The notes: generated from the letters alone by a model not told the origin. A stretch of 64,000 nt of DNA from Lentisphaeria bacterium (GCA_017615635.1 JAFZZR010000099.1:6618-70617); one strand, 5' to 3'; positions 20,300 to 29,229 are shown, counted from the first letter of the stretch. Numbers and translations: made by a program.

Positions 20300-21268
20300 T
20301 CATCTGTGCAGTCTCCTGTACAAAAGGCTCAGAAGCATGCCGTACATGCCGGGAGCACACAGGGCAAGAGAAAAAACGAGAGCTCTTTTTTTGTTTTCCG
20401 CCCGCGTTACGGATATTTTTCGCCGGTATTTCCCGGCATTTGTGAGAAGAGTTCTCCGGTACGTTTCGCTTTTGTATCTGTCAGCCTGCATATTGTTGAA
20501 GACCCCCATGACGGCGAAAAAGGCTTTTTCGTAAATAATGTTTTCCAGCCTCGGGAATTTATTCAGAAGAATAGGAAGGAGTCTTTCGTATGCTTCGACC
20601 TGATCCATTTTCAAAGGGGAAAATGCGCTTCTTGTAACGCTGGCCGGATGCTGCCTGTAGAAATACAGCGGCAGATCACTGTAAATGACCTTCTCGGCGT
20701 TGGCGCACACCTGAGGAATGAATACGATATCTTCGTAGTAGATGTCGACCGGGTACTCTCCCGTATTCTGAAGGATATCTTTTCTGAAGATTTTGTTGCA
20801 GGAGAATGCACCGAAGGAAGGATCCGTCAGAAAACATCGGGCCGCATCTTCTCCATCAAAAATACGTACCCGGATATCCTTCTGCTCACGGAATTCAGGC
20901 TCTGTCTGGAGCCGGCAGACGGCAATCTGTGCATCATACGCATATATTTCCCCCATCAGGATCTGCAGCATGTCACGCCGGATCACGTCATCGGCATCGA
21001 CAAAGGCTACGTAATCGCCGGAGGAATTTTCAATGCCGTAATTCCGTCTGGCTCCCTGTCCCTGCTGATCGTCGAAGCGGATATACCAGATTCTCCGGTC
21101 CATTTCCGCATGCTTCCTGCATATCGCATCGGTTTCATCCGTCGAGCCGTCGTCAAGCAGAATGATTTCCAGGTCACGCCAGGTCTGATTCTCCACCGAG
21201 CACAGGCATTCGTCCAGATACGGAGCTGCATTATGGGCAGGGATGATCACGCTGATCCGATCGTTCAT
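20300..21268 (-). CDS. GT2 family glycosyltransferase
   Basis: ISVIIPAHN, DDGSTD, FVDADD, YED. Confidence 0.92.
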   Translation of the reverse strand: MNDRISVIIPAHNAAPYLDECLCSVENQTWRDLEIILLDDGSTDETDAICRKHAEMDRRIWYIRFDDQQGQGARRNYGIENSSGDYVAFVDADDVIRRDMLQILMGEIYAYDAQIAVCRLQTEPEFREQKDIRVRIFDGEDAARCFLTDPSFGAFSCNKIFRKDILQNTGEYPVDIYYEDIVFIPQVCANAEKVIYSDLPLYFYRQHPASVTRSAFSPLKMDQVEAYERLLPILLNKFPRLENIIYEKAFFAVMGVFNNMQADRYKSETYRRTLLTNAGKYRRKISVTRAENKKRALVFSLALCAPGMYGMLLSLLYRRLHR

Positions 21269-21295
21269 GACAGACTCCCTTGTCCTTCTGCATCC

Positions 21296-21508
21296 TTACT
21301 GTTTTTCCGCGGGAATGCACGGGGAGAAATCGTCGATCAGATCTCTCCAATCACAGCTGAGGGCTTCCGCGTACAGCCGAGCCGTCCTCAACGACCGGAT
21401 CCCGCGCTTTTCCTGCTGCTGGACCGTCTGCGCCGTAATCCCCAGCCTCTCGCCGACTTCCCTTAACCGCAGGCCCATCTTCCGTCTCTGGATCGTCAAC
21501 TTGGTCAT
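21296..21508 (-). CDS. Small Cro-like XRE HTH regulator, first gene of the glycan operon
   Basis: RRKMGLRLREVGERLGITAQTVQQQE HTH; 27 bp upstream of GT2. Confidence 0.8.
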   Translation of the reverse strand: MTKLTIQRRKMGLRLREVGERLGITAQTVQQQEKRGIRSLRTARLYAEALSCDWRDLIDDFSPCIPAEKQ

Positions 21509-21527
21509 CGCTTCACCGCTATTATTT

Positions 21528-21650
21528 TATCGTTAAGTTGCGTAGAATATAATCGCGTAAAGACGATTTTCAAGCCTTTTTCTGAAAACTTTTAAGTTTT
21601 TTTATTGATTTATCGCGTTTCGGCGATAGTTTAAGCAAAAATACTTAAAC
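21528..21650. promoter_or_regulatory. Divergent promoters with palindromic operators
   Basis: Left TTGAAA-N16-TATATT (21573..21546); right TTGATT-N16-TAGTTT (21605..21632); AATCG-N8-CGATT 21551-68; TATCGC-N6-GCGATA 21611-28; GTTTAAG-N8-CTTAAAC 21629-50; AAAACTT-N2-AAGTTTT 21585-600. Confidence 0.7.
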
Positions 21651-21661
21651 GGGACATAAGA

Positions 21662-22003
21662 ATGTTGACTCAAGATGAATTTAAGCAGGCGCTGGAGGCG
21701 GAGATCCGGAAGGCGGGATCGCAAACTGCTCTGGCCGAAAAGCTGGGAATGACGCAAAGTCAGATTTCGGACTATCTTCGGGGGCGCTTTCAGGTGGAGA
21801 ATATAACGATCGGAAATCTCTATAAACTTTTCCCGAATACGCAGATCAAGTTATCAGGATCAATCACTGCAGAGCCTATTGCAAAGTCCGTGGAAGATCA
21901 ATTATTGGAAGTCTACCGGAGACTAACACCCGAAGAAAAAGTCAGATGCCTGGCCATCGTCATCGCCAACTTCCCCGACAAAATCAGGAAGCGGATGACA
22001 TGA
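21662..22003 (+). CDS. XRE HTH regulator (cI-like, no peptidase domain)
   Basis: SQTALAEKLGMTQSQISDYLRG; C-terminal LLEVYRRLTPEEK helix typical of XRE proteins. Confidence 0.82.
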   Translation: MLTQDEFKQALEAEIRKAGSQTALAEKLGMTQSQISDYLRGRFQVENITIGNLYKLFPNTQIKLSGSITAEPIAKSVEDQLLEVYRRLTPEEKVRCLAIVIANFPDKIRKRMT

Positions 22004-22082
22004 CGATTATAAATGCCGCCGGATACACACCATAACCTTGCTCCCGCCGATAACAAAGCAGATTCCTGTTGTGCGGAGCAAT

Positions 22083-22233
22083 GCTTCATCTGCCTAGGCG
22101 AGTAATTTGTTATGAAGCAGCGCTTCGCGCTATGAAGCGTGCCTTCGGCACATGAAGCGCTTTGCGGCGCCGCCGCAAAGCATGAAGCGAAGCCTTGACA
22201 GGCTTCATTGACCATTTTTGCTCAGCAAAAAAA
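22083..22233. repeat. Array of short hairpins punctuated by ATGAAGC (REP-like)
   Basis: ATGAAGC at 22112, 22132, 22152 and 22182, each followed by a perfect inverted repeat; GCTTCAT at 22083 and 22202. Confidence 0.75.
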
Positions 22234-22310
22234 TGGTCGGAGCAGAGGGATTCGAACCCTCGGCCTATTGGTCCCAAACCAATCGCGCTACCAGGCTGCG
22301 CTATGCTCCG
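22234..22310 (-). tRNA. tRNA-Pro(TGG)
   Basis: CGGAGCA acceptor stem; anticodon arm ATTGG-TTTGGGA-CCAAT; GGTTCGAATCC; encoded CCA. Confidence 0.96.
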
Positions 22311-22461
22311 ATCTAGGAGAGAAATCTGCCGGATAATGTAGCATGAAACAGGCTGATTTCAAGAGCGGCCCGACAAGAATAACGAAATAACAGGAGGATG
22401 CCGATTTTTTTAGAGACGGCGCTTGCCTTCATGTGAAAAGGCTGTATATTACGGACAGGCT

Positions 22462-22538
22462 GGATCCTTAGCTCAGTCGGTCAGAGCAGGTGACTCATAA
22501 TCACTTGGTCGGCGGTTCAAGTCCGTCAGGATCCACCA
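22462..22538 (+). tRNA. tRNA with CAT anticodon, most likely tRNA-Ile2 (lysidine type)
   Basis: Cloverleaf with GGTGA-CTCATAA-TCACT; closely resembles E. coli ileX; encoded CCA; promoter TTGCCT-N16-TATATT at 22423-22450. Confidence 0.9.
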
Positions 22539-22676
22539 ATTTATTCCCAGCTCAAAATCCCCATAGCATTCATCGTTTCAGCCTCATTTTCTCTTTTGAC
22601 GACCCGTCTTGAGTTCTCTACGCGGGCTTCCTCTCCTTTTCTCTCTCTTTGCGTTCTTTTCCGACTGTCCGAGACA

Positions 22677-22698
22677 AAATGAATAACAAATGAATAAC
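22677..22698 (+). repeat. Tandem 11-bp repeat (putative integrase arm-type sites)
   Basis: AAATGAATAAC x2, bracketed by the inverted repeat TGTCCGAG/CTCGGACA. Confidence 0.5.
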
Positions 22699-23116
22699 AA
22701 GTTTTTCAAGGCTCGGACACTGACGGCATAAGATATCCCGTCCCGCCGATTTTGCAAGTCGGGACAACAGGTTCCCGGTAATCGCGTGTCTCCAGACAGC
22801 GGATTCCCCCCGGCCCGATCATTGCTGCTGCCGTCATGGCATCCCCCCCTTTCTCTTTACCCTTCTTTACCCTCTTCTACCCCTTATACCGCTGATGATG
22901 GCCCGGCATTCCGGGCTTTTGCAGTGCGTTTGTCGCTGCATCACCCCCTTTCCTGCCACCATGAGATAAAGGCATACCGGTCCGGAACAGATCGTAGAAA
23001 GACCGAATGCGCCTCAAAAAGACAGCAGAAATGAAAAAAACGCTTTTTCATTTTACGCATCTGCAATGGTAGAACGCTTCTCTTAACCCACGCGTTCGGA
23101 AAGGTTGATACAACTT

Positions 23117-23398
23117 ATGAAAGAGACATCACTTGCTCTCATTCGCACCGTCCTGGACGGAGACAACACCGTAACCAAAGAACAGAACGACCACATCATG
23201 CGCACCTGCAAGCACCCCATCATGCGGCGTAAACTGATCAATGCAAAACAGGCCATGAGCATTCTGGAAGTGTGTCGTCCGACACTTCTGGCTTATGTAA
23301 AGCGCGGACGCCTGACGCAAATCAACATCTCACCCCGCAAGGTCCGGTTTGATGAAGCAGAGGTCCGCAATCTGGCATACCGTGGAGTAACCGACTAA
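23117..23398 (+). CDS. Excisionase-like HTH protein
   Basis: LINAKQAMSILEVCRPTLLAYVKRGRL...KVRFDEAEV winged-HTH pattern. Confidence 0.8.
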   Translation: MKETSLALIRTVLDGDNTVTKEQNDHIMRTCKHPIMRRKLINAKQAMSILEVCRPTLLAYVKRGRLTQINISPRKVRFDEAEVRNLAYRGVTD

Positions 23399-23527
23399 CC
23401 AAATCACTCCATCCATGCTGTCCCTCCATCCGTTTTTTCAGATATCAGGGGGGACAGCGCGGCTGGAGAAAAGACATCGTATAGTAAGATAAATTAACGG
23501 TGGAAATCCCACCAGAAAGGACACTAT

Positions 23528-23677
23528 ATGAACAACCAAATTCAAGCCGTCACATCAGCTGCGGCGACCGACACCCCATTCTTTTGGAGAAACGTAACCG
23601 AAGAGAATGTCTGGGATGCCATTTCCGGCTCCTTCCTCGAAACCATCTGCAAGGCTTCTGCTGCAAGATGCTTATAG
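23528..23677 (+). pseudogene. 5' fragment of an element gene (49 codons), probably truncated by deletion
   Basis: Strong RBS GAAAGGA, then MNNQIQAVTS...FFWRNVTEENVWDAISGSFLETICKA; runs head-on into the RT fragment. Confidence 0.55.
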
Positions 23678-24459
23678 ATCTTTGCAACAAGTCTATCATG
23701 GGGAACATTGTCGAAGAACGCTTTCAAGTCCAGTATGATTCCGAACTTATATCCCTCGGCTCTGATCTTGTCCACTTCGGCAATCGCATCAGCCACGCGA
23801 CGGTTCTTCCGGTATGCATAGGAGTACTCACTCCAAGTGTCCTCCGGCGTATTCTTAGTGACAGCCAGCAGGATCATGTTTTGTACCACCCGGTCCAGAA
23901 CCGTAGCGATTCCCAGTTTACGTTTCTTCCCATTAGCCTTCGGTATCTCAGTAATACGCACCTCATGAGGCACATACTTCCCTTGCAGGATCCGTTGCCG
24001 GATTTTTTCCCTGGCTTCCGGGTCATTCAATAGCGGCACACAAACCTCTCTGACAGTCTTGCGATCGCATCCTACAGCCTTTCGGGGTTCAGAATTGACC
24101 TTTACCAAGGCCGCATTAAAGTTCGTGTCGGCAACAATCTGCTCAAGCAGATTTGGAACATTGACAGTCGGAATTGGATGTTTGCCCAACCAGGGATCAT
24201 ATACCCCGTACAGGCCACTCCGACCGTTTGAAAATGCGGCCTTGTTCCGACCGCCAGTGAAGGATCTGGCATCAGTCAGACCGACTTGTAGACGCGGAGC
24301 TGTTGCAGTACCTTGTTCTCCTTTCTTGTGCTGCAGGGTGCGAACCGTGTCCGGTTTATGCTGACTGGGGTCCTGCTTTTCAGCATGTGCGCTACAGCCA
24401 GCATGAGTTTTGTAATTTGATGTGTGTTTGTTGTTGGTCTTCTTATTATGCGTCTTCAT
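23542..24459 (-). pseudogene. Truncated group II intron-like reverse transcriptase (RT0-RT3 only)
   Basis: LLEQIV (RT0), IPKANGKKRKLGI (RT1), DRVVQ (RT2), SYAYR (RT2a), DLKAFFDNVPH (RT3); no PQG or YxDD seen. Confidence 0.88.
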
Positions 24460-24562
24460 CTGAACTGTTCCTTTCTATTTTTTCAGATGGTTTTCATTGT
24501 TCTGGTTCCGTATGGATCGTCTCTTTACCATACATCAACCGTAAATGAAGACGCGTCAAGAA

Positions 24563-25981
24563 TCATGAATCAAGAGTAAGTCCCGCTCCCTCCTTCCGGA
24601 TAATATCGAATATAGCATGGAGCTTGTCATCCGGAAGGGTTGTGATTGCAGCCGCCAGTTTTTCGCGGTTTATCGGCGAAACACCTTGTGCTTGAAAAAC
24701 GGGCAGCCTTTTTATCGCTTTTTCCTTTGCTTCGTCAGAAATATGGGCATAGTGCCGAGTCATGGCAATGCTTCCATGTCCGACGATGGCGCCGACAACA
24801 TCCAACGGGACTCCGGCATTGGCACAGAAGGAGACGAACGTGTGCCGGAAGCTGTGCAAACTGTAGAGATTCGCCCGAAGAGCCCGATGCCCCTTGTCTT
24901 CAGAGGAAGTGGTGTCCTGCCCGGTGGCGCACATGATAATCTTCTGGACATCACCCTGAACACCGCTGTGGTTCCGTTTATAGCGCTCCGCGACAGAGGG
25001 AATGATGTAGTCCTCATGCGGACGGTTTCTGTTTTTGAAGGCGGAGGCTTCCTTGAGGGCGCCAGCCAGTTCCGGATGCAATGGCAGCGATACTGCCCGG
25101 TTATTGGTCTTTCTGGCGGTCTTATGGGGGATATAGGTTATCGTCCCCTGTTCCATATTGACATTCGACCAGCGCATCAGACAGCCGTCCTGTCCTCGGC
25201 AGCCCGTCCAGCAGCAGAGCATCAGCAATATGCGCATTTCATCTTTGTACAGCGGCTCATATTGCAAGGTGCGCTCTACCATGACATGTTTCCGGCCCTT
25301 TTCCATTCGCATGACCTTTGTTTTGTAGAAGAACCCTGTCCTGAAACCATCGAATATTGCCTTGACCTGTTCTTCCGTAAATGCCAGACGGCTCTCCGTG
25401 TCAGTCGGTTTTCCGGTGATATGTGCAAATGGGTTTTCTTCCAGTCCTGCCGGTTCGAGGATATGGGAAAAGATCAGCTTCAGGGCTTGGCGGTAACAGT
25501 TATAGGTCCTGCCGGAGACCTTCCTTTCATTCCATATATGAGAGAAGTAGCTGCCAGCTTCATCTGGAGTAATCTGTGCGGCATGCTGGATTTCAGGCCG
25601 TTCCCGCTCCAACCAGTTGATGAAACGCCGAAGCGCGGCTTCATACCCATTCAGAGTCTCTTTCCCGCTATCCGGACGGGTGTACTGCTTCAGATACACC
25701 TGCCATATCTCCTGGATGGGGATTGACCCTTCATGCCTCAGCTTTTTGGCTTTTGCAATGTGAAGAGCGATCTCTTCCTTCTGTTCCGCCCGGAGTACCG
25801 GACGGAGAAGTGCGGCAGCTGCCTCCGCATCTTTGCGTGTCGTTACGGGCTTGTCGTCTTTGCCGCGCAAAGTGGTGGTCTTTGTTTTCCCGCCTGTTGT
25901 AAGTTTCAGACAGAAATGGCTGCCGGACTTGACGATGGTGCCAGTCCCCTTTTCACGAATCAATCTTCTGGTACGAGACAT
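24563..25981 (-). CDS. Tyrosine recombinase/integrase
   Basis: TGCR, HKT, HSFRHTF, VGH...MTRHY catalytic residues; SAM-like N-domain. Confidence 0.95.
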   Translation of the reverse strand: MSRTRRLIREKGTGTIVKSGSHFCLKLTTGGKTKTTTLRGKDDKPVTTRKDAEAAAALLRPVLRAEQKEEIALHIAKAKKLRHEGSIPIQEIWQVYLKQYTRPDSGKETLNGYEAALRRFINWLERERPEIQHAAQITPDEAGSYFSHIWNERKVSGRTYNCYRQALKLIFSHILEPAGLEENPFAHITGKPTDTESRLAFTEEQVKAIFDGFRTGFFYKTKVMRMEKGRKHVMVERTLQYEPLYKDEMRILLMLCCWTGCRGQDGCLMRWSNVNMEQGTITYIPHKTARKTNNRAVSLPLHPELAGALKEASAFKNRNRPHEDYIIPSVAERYKRNHSGVQGDVQKIIMCATGQDTTSSEDKGHRALRANLYSLHSFRHTFVSFCANAGVPLDVVGAIVGHGSIAMTRHYAHISDEAKEKAIKRLPVFQAQGVSPINREKLAAAITTLPDDKLHAIFDIIRKEGAGLTLDS

Positions 25982-26122
25982 AGTTGCATATCCTCTTTTC
26001 GAACAGATTCTTTGCGATTTGTTGCGAATCTGTCGTCAAAAGAGTCAATGCGTAAAAAATGAATACTATAACTTCTATGCCTTTTGGAAAAATTGAGCGT
26101 ATTTATAACAAAAAACGGCCTA

Positions 26123-26168
26123 ACTCATAATCACTTGGTCGGCGGTTCAAGTCCGTCAGGATCCACCA
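26123..26168 (+). repeat. att site: duplicated 3' half of tRNA-Ile2
   Basis: Identical to 22493-22538. Confidence 0.95.
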
Positions 26169-26488
26169 CCTTCTTTTTTCTTGCTACTCATTTGCGAGCA
26201 ATGATTTACTGAATGACGCAACACCCCTTCTCTTCTGGTTTTGCTTTCTCTTGTTTTTCCCGTTTTTCCGTTATTTTCCGAGGGTGAGGAGGAGCGATGC
26301 GTCCCACATTCGTCCCCCCGCTTTTTCTTCCCGCCTGGTGAATGCAGCATCGCCGGCGACACGCGTATATCCCCCGTGACAGCAGAGGCTTTTCCGGTAT
26401 CCAAGGTACCACTGTATGGTAAGAACAATAGAGGGACAGCATACGAACGGGAAAGCCGCATCGCGTTTCCCCGGCAAAGATAACCGTT

Positions 26489-27895
26489 TTACCAGATGAA
26501 TTCGCAGCCCGCGTCACGCTGACGGGCATCGCGCCGGACAAACGATGTCCATTCCTTCTGACGCGGATCGCCGCAACAGACTTCAGCCAAGGCGGTCAGT
26601 CGGGGCAAAATTTTGTTGAGCAGCCGCCGTTCGGGCAGATATTCGCCCCACGAACAGCATTCCACGCCCAGGATCTGACTTCGGAAATCTTCGTGCCCGG
26701 TATAAGGGTCATACAGATAGTTGTCCTGCACGCCGAGATAATTCTGAAATTCCGCGAACTGGAGTTCCCAGTCGAACAGGCGGTCGGTGTAACACCGTCC
26801 GCAGGGGGACATGATGACCGGATTTCCGTTTTTCAGGTTTTCCAGACGGTTCTTTTCTACCCAGATCTGCACGATCACGTCGGCCGGATAAATGCCCGCA
26901 TCATTCCAGACGATAGCCTGACGTCCCGAATCCTGCACCTGCCGGATCAATGACAGCACGAATTCGTGTTCCAGCTCCCGCACCGAGTTCAAGGCGCGCT
27001 CAAGGAGCGCCTTCTGACAGTCCGGACAGGCCTCCCAGTGTTTGGAATCGGCTTCGTCGCCGCCGAGGTGGATCTCGGTGCTTTCCGGAAAGAGTTCCAT
27101 CACTTCGTTCAGCAGTTCTCCGACTTTGTCGCGCACACACTTCTTTCCGAGGCAGACTTCATCGCCCGCTCCGGAGGCGCACCCCATTTCTGGCAGAACC
27201 CGGATCAGACGGCGGCTGTGTCCCGGCAGATCGAATTCGGGCACGATCCGTATGTCGAGAGCCCGGGCCTCCTCCCGGATCTCGGCGATGTCCTCATACG
27301 AATAGGCGCCATCATGCAGTTCGCCGCGGCCGGAGAGTTCCGGTGCGACGTGCGAAGGGAGACGCCAGCCTTCGTTGTCGGTCAGATGCCAGTGAAAGAC
27401 ATTGCAGCGGAAGTGCGCCATGATCCGCAGAAGTTTGATAATCGTCTCCCGGCTGCGGAAATGACGCGCCGAATCCAGCATGAAACCCCGCCAGGGAAAT
27501 CGGGGCACAGCTTCGGCTGTACCGCAGGTCATGGCGAGAAACCGGCCTTTCCCGGCTGACGTCGCCACCGCCAGCATCTGGATCAGCGCCGCCGCTGCGT
27601 AACTCATGCCGGCGTGGTTCGACGCCCGGAGCGTGATTTCCTGCGGCGCAACGCTGATTTTCCAGCCGTCGGCGGGCAGCGAAGGGTCTTCGGCAAGCCG
27701 GATGATCTGACTGCCCGGTCCGTTTGTCATATCAAAATACGCCATGGCCTTTTTCAGCCGTTCCGCCTGAAATGCGTATTGACCGGGTGCATCGACCGCC
27801 ACCGGGGCGTTCATTTCGAACGAGCCCTCCGCCGGAGTGATCTTCTCCGGCTGAGGGAGGATCTCGTAAAAGCAGTTGTGCTCGCGGAGGAGCAT
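26489..27895 (-). CDS. GH20 beta-N-acetylhexosaminidase
   Basis: RGFMLDSARHF, HWHLTD, PEFDLPGH, HLGGDE. Confidence 0.93.
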   Translation of the reverse strand: MLLREHNCFYEILPQPEKITPAEGSFEMNAPVAVDAPGQYAFQAERLKKAMAYFDMTNGPGSQIIRLAEDPSLPADGWKISVAPQEITLRASNHAGMSYAAAALIQMLAVATSAGKGRFLAMTCGTAEAVPRFPWRGFMLDSARHFRSRETIIKLLRIMAHFRCNVFHWHLTDNEGWRLPSHVAPELSGRGELHDGAYSYEDIAEIREEARALDIRIVPEFDLPGHSRRLIRVLPEMGCASGAGDEVCLGKKCVRDKVGELLNEVMELFPESTEIHLGGDEADSKHWEACPDCQKALLERALNSVRELEHEFVLSLIRQVQDSGRQAIVWNDAGIYPADVIVQIWVEKNRLENLKNGNPVIMSPCGRCYTDRLFDWELQFAEFQNYLGVQDNYLYDPYTGHEDFRSQILGVECCSWGEYLPERRLLNKILPRLTALAEVCCGDPRQKEWTSFVRRDARQRDAGCEFIW

Positions 27896-27900
27896 GGGAT

Positions 27901-29229
27901 TCAGTTCTCCTCGTTATTCAACTCGATTTCAAAACGGTTCTCGGAATCTTTGCTGAGAGAAATTTCCCGGCGGAAGGTTCCGAAGTCCGTGCGGATCTCC
28001 AGTTCATAAGTCCCGTAGAAGCCGTGGAACTTGTTGACTTTTTCCCCGTTGTACGCCAGCGTTTCTTCCGTATGCCATTCCTTTTTGATGAGCCGTTCCA
28101 GCGTGTCCCAGGCGGGTTTGCAAGAGAAATCCCTCCGCAGAAGTCCGCCCTTCGCCTCGTTTTCATTGCAGGCGACTCCGATGTAGGCACAGTCGTCCAC
28201 CAGATTCCAGTAGAAAATGCCGTTGACGGCGGGATGGGAGAAGAAAAGCCGGTAAAGCCTTTCCAGCACCTTTTCCTGATAGTCGTCTCCCAGGTATCCG
28301 TTGATGGTCAGCTCGGAGATGTTGACGGGGATCCCGAGTCTGCCCAGGGCGTCCAGTGCCCGGAGTTTCCGCATGGCGTTGAGCGTGACGGCGTGAGCGG
28401 GCCGCATCATGGCCTCGAAATCGGTTTTTGAATTCCAGGCCTGGTGGAGGAACGTGCCGATCCCATCGATTTTGCATCCCCTGTTCCGCAGGTTTTCGGT
28501 AAGCAGGAGAGGCATGGAGTAACACTGTCTCTGGGGCCAGAAACTGTCATTGTGGAGCAGTTCACAGCCGGGAAAATACTTTTCCGCCAGCTTGAAGGCC
28601 AGCTCATAATGGTTTTCCGGCATGTCCTGATTCAGCAAGTTGTACATCCAGCCGTCCTGATAGGAGTTGATCTCGTTGACCACATCCCACACCCGAATGT
28701 CGGAGGAATACCGTTCGCCGATCTCCCGGAAACGCTTTTCGATCTGTTCCGCCAGAATTTTCCGGTCACTTGAGGCCCACTTCGGCATGGTGGTCTGCCA
28801 GAGAAGACAGTGCCCTTTCATGCCGATCCCGTGCGCCTTGCAGAACTCCACGCAGAGATCGGGCGCGGGTCTGCGGTAGATATTAGGGGAATCTTTGGCA
28901 AAACGGGGCTTCCCCTGTTCCGGCTCCAGGTCGGACCAGAAGAACGGGACCGTGGCGAAATTGAAGAGCGAGGCGAACCGTTCCCGGTAGGCGGCATTCT
29001 CCTCTCCGGAAGGAAACTGATCCAGAATGAAGCAGTTGGCACCGAAACGGAACTGGTGGCTCTTCTGACGGCATACCACCTCCGCACGGGAAATCTTCTT
29101 CCCGTTCCGGAAGAGTTTCAGATTCGCAAACCCTTTCCGGTTCGCCTCGATCCCGGAAGTGATCCGGAATTCGACCTCCGGATCCTCCCGGAAGAGATAC
29201 TTCGTCAGCCGTTCCGCGATGTCATTCAT
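27901..29229 (-). CDS. GH10 family glycoside hydrolase
   Basis: KGHCLLW, WDVVNE (acid/base), ISEL (nucleophile). Confidence 0.85.
   Translation of the reverse strand: MNDIAERLTKYLFREDPEVEFRITSGIEANRKGFANLKLFRNGKKISRAEVVCRQKSHQFRFGANCFILDQFPSGEENAAYRERFASLFNFATVPFFWSDLEPEQGKPRFAKDSPNIYRRPAPDLCVEFCKAHGIGMKGHCLLWQTTMPKWASSDRKILAEQIEKRFREIGERYSSDIRVWDVVNEINSYQDGWMYNLLNQDMPENHYELAFKLAEKYFPGCELLHNDSFWPQRQCYSMPLLLTENLRNRGCKIDGIGTFLHQAWNSKTDFEAMMRPAHAVTLNAMRKLRALDALGRLGIPVNISELTINGYLGDDYQEKVLERLYRLFFSHPAVNGIFYWNLVDDCAYIGVACNENEAKGGLLRRDFSCKPAWDTLERLIKKEWHTEETLAYNGEKVNKFHGFYGTYELEIRTDFGTFRREISLSKDSENRFEIELNNEEN

Larger units (their letters stand above)
22493..26168. mobile_element. Small, internally deleted integrative element at the tRNA-Ile2 3' end
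   Basis: 46-bp direct repeats 22493-22538 and 26123-26168; contains an integrase, an Xis-like gene and an RT fragment. Confidence 0.92.

Noticed and set aside
21296-22003. Prophage
   Set aside because: No phage structural, replication or lysis genes around the XRE pair
15213-22310. Glycan operon as an island integrated at tRNA-Pro
   Set aside because: No duplicated tRNA-Pro 3' end near 15200-15450 and no integrase on that side
22462-22538. tRNA-Met or initiator assignment
   Set aside because: Paired G1-C72, no GGG/CCC anticodon stem, and sequence resembles ileX-type tRNAs; elongator Met not fully excluded
23400-24562. Intact group II intron, retron or DGR
   Set aside because: RT lacks PQG/YxDD; no splice-site consensus or domain V seen; no TR/VR pair with adenine-specific mismatches noticed
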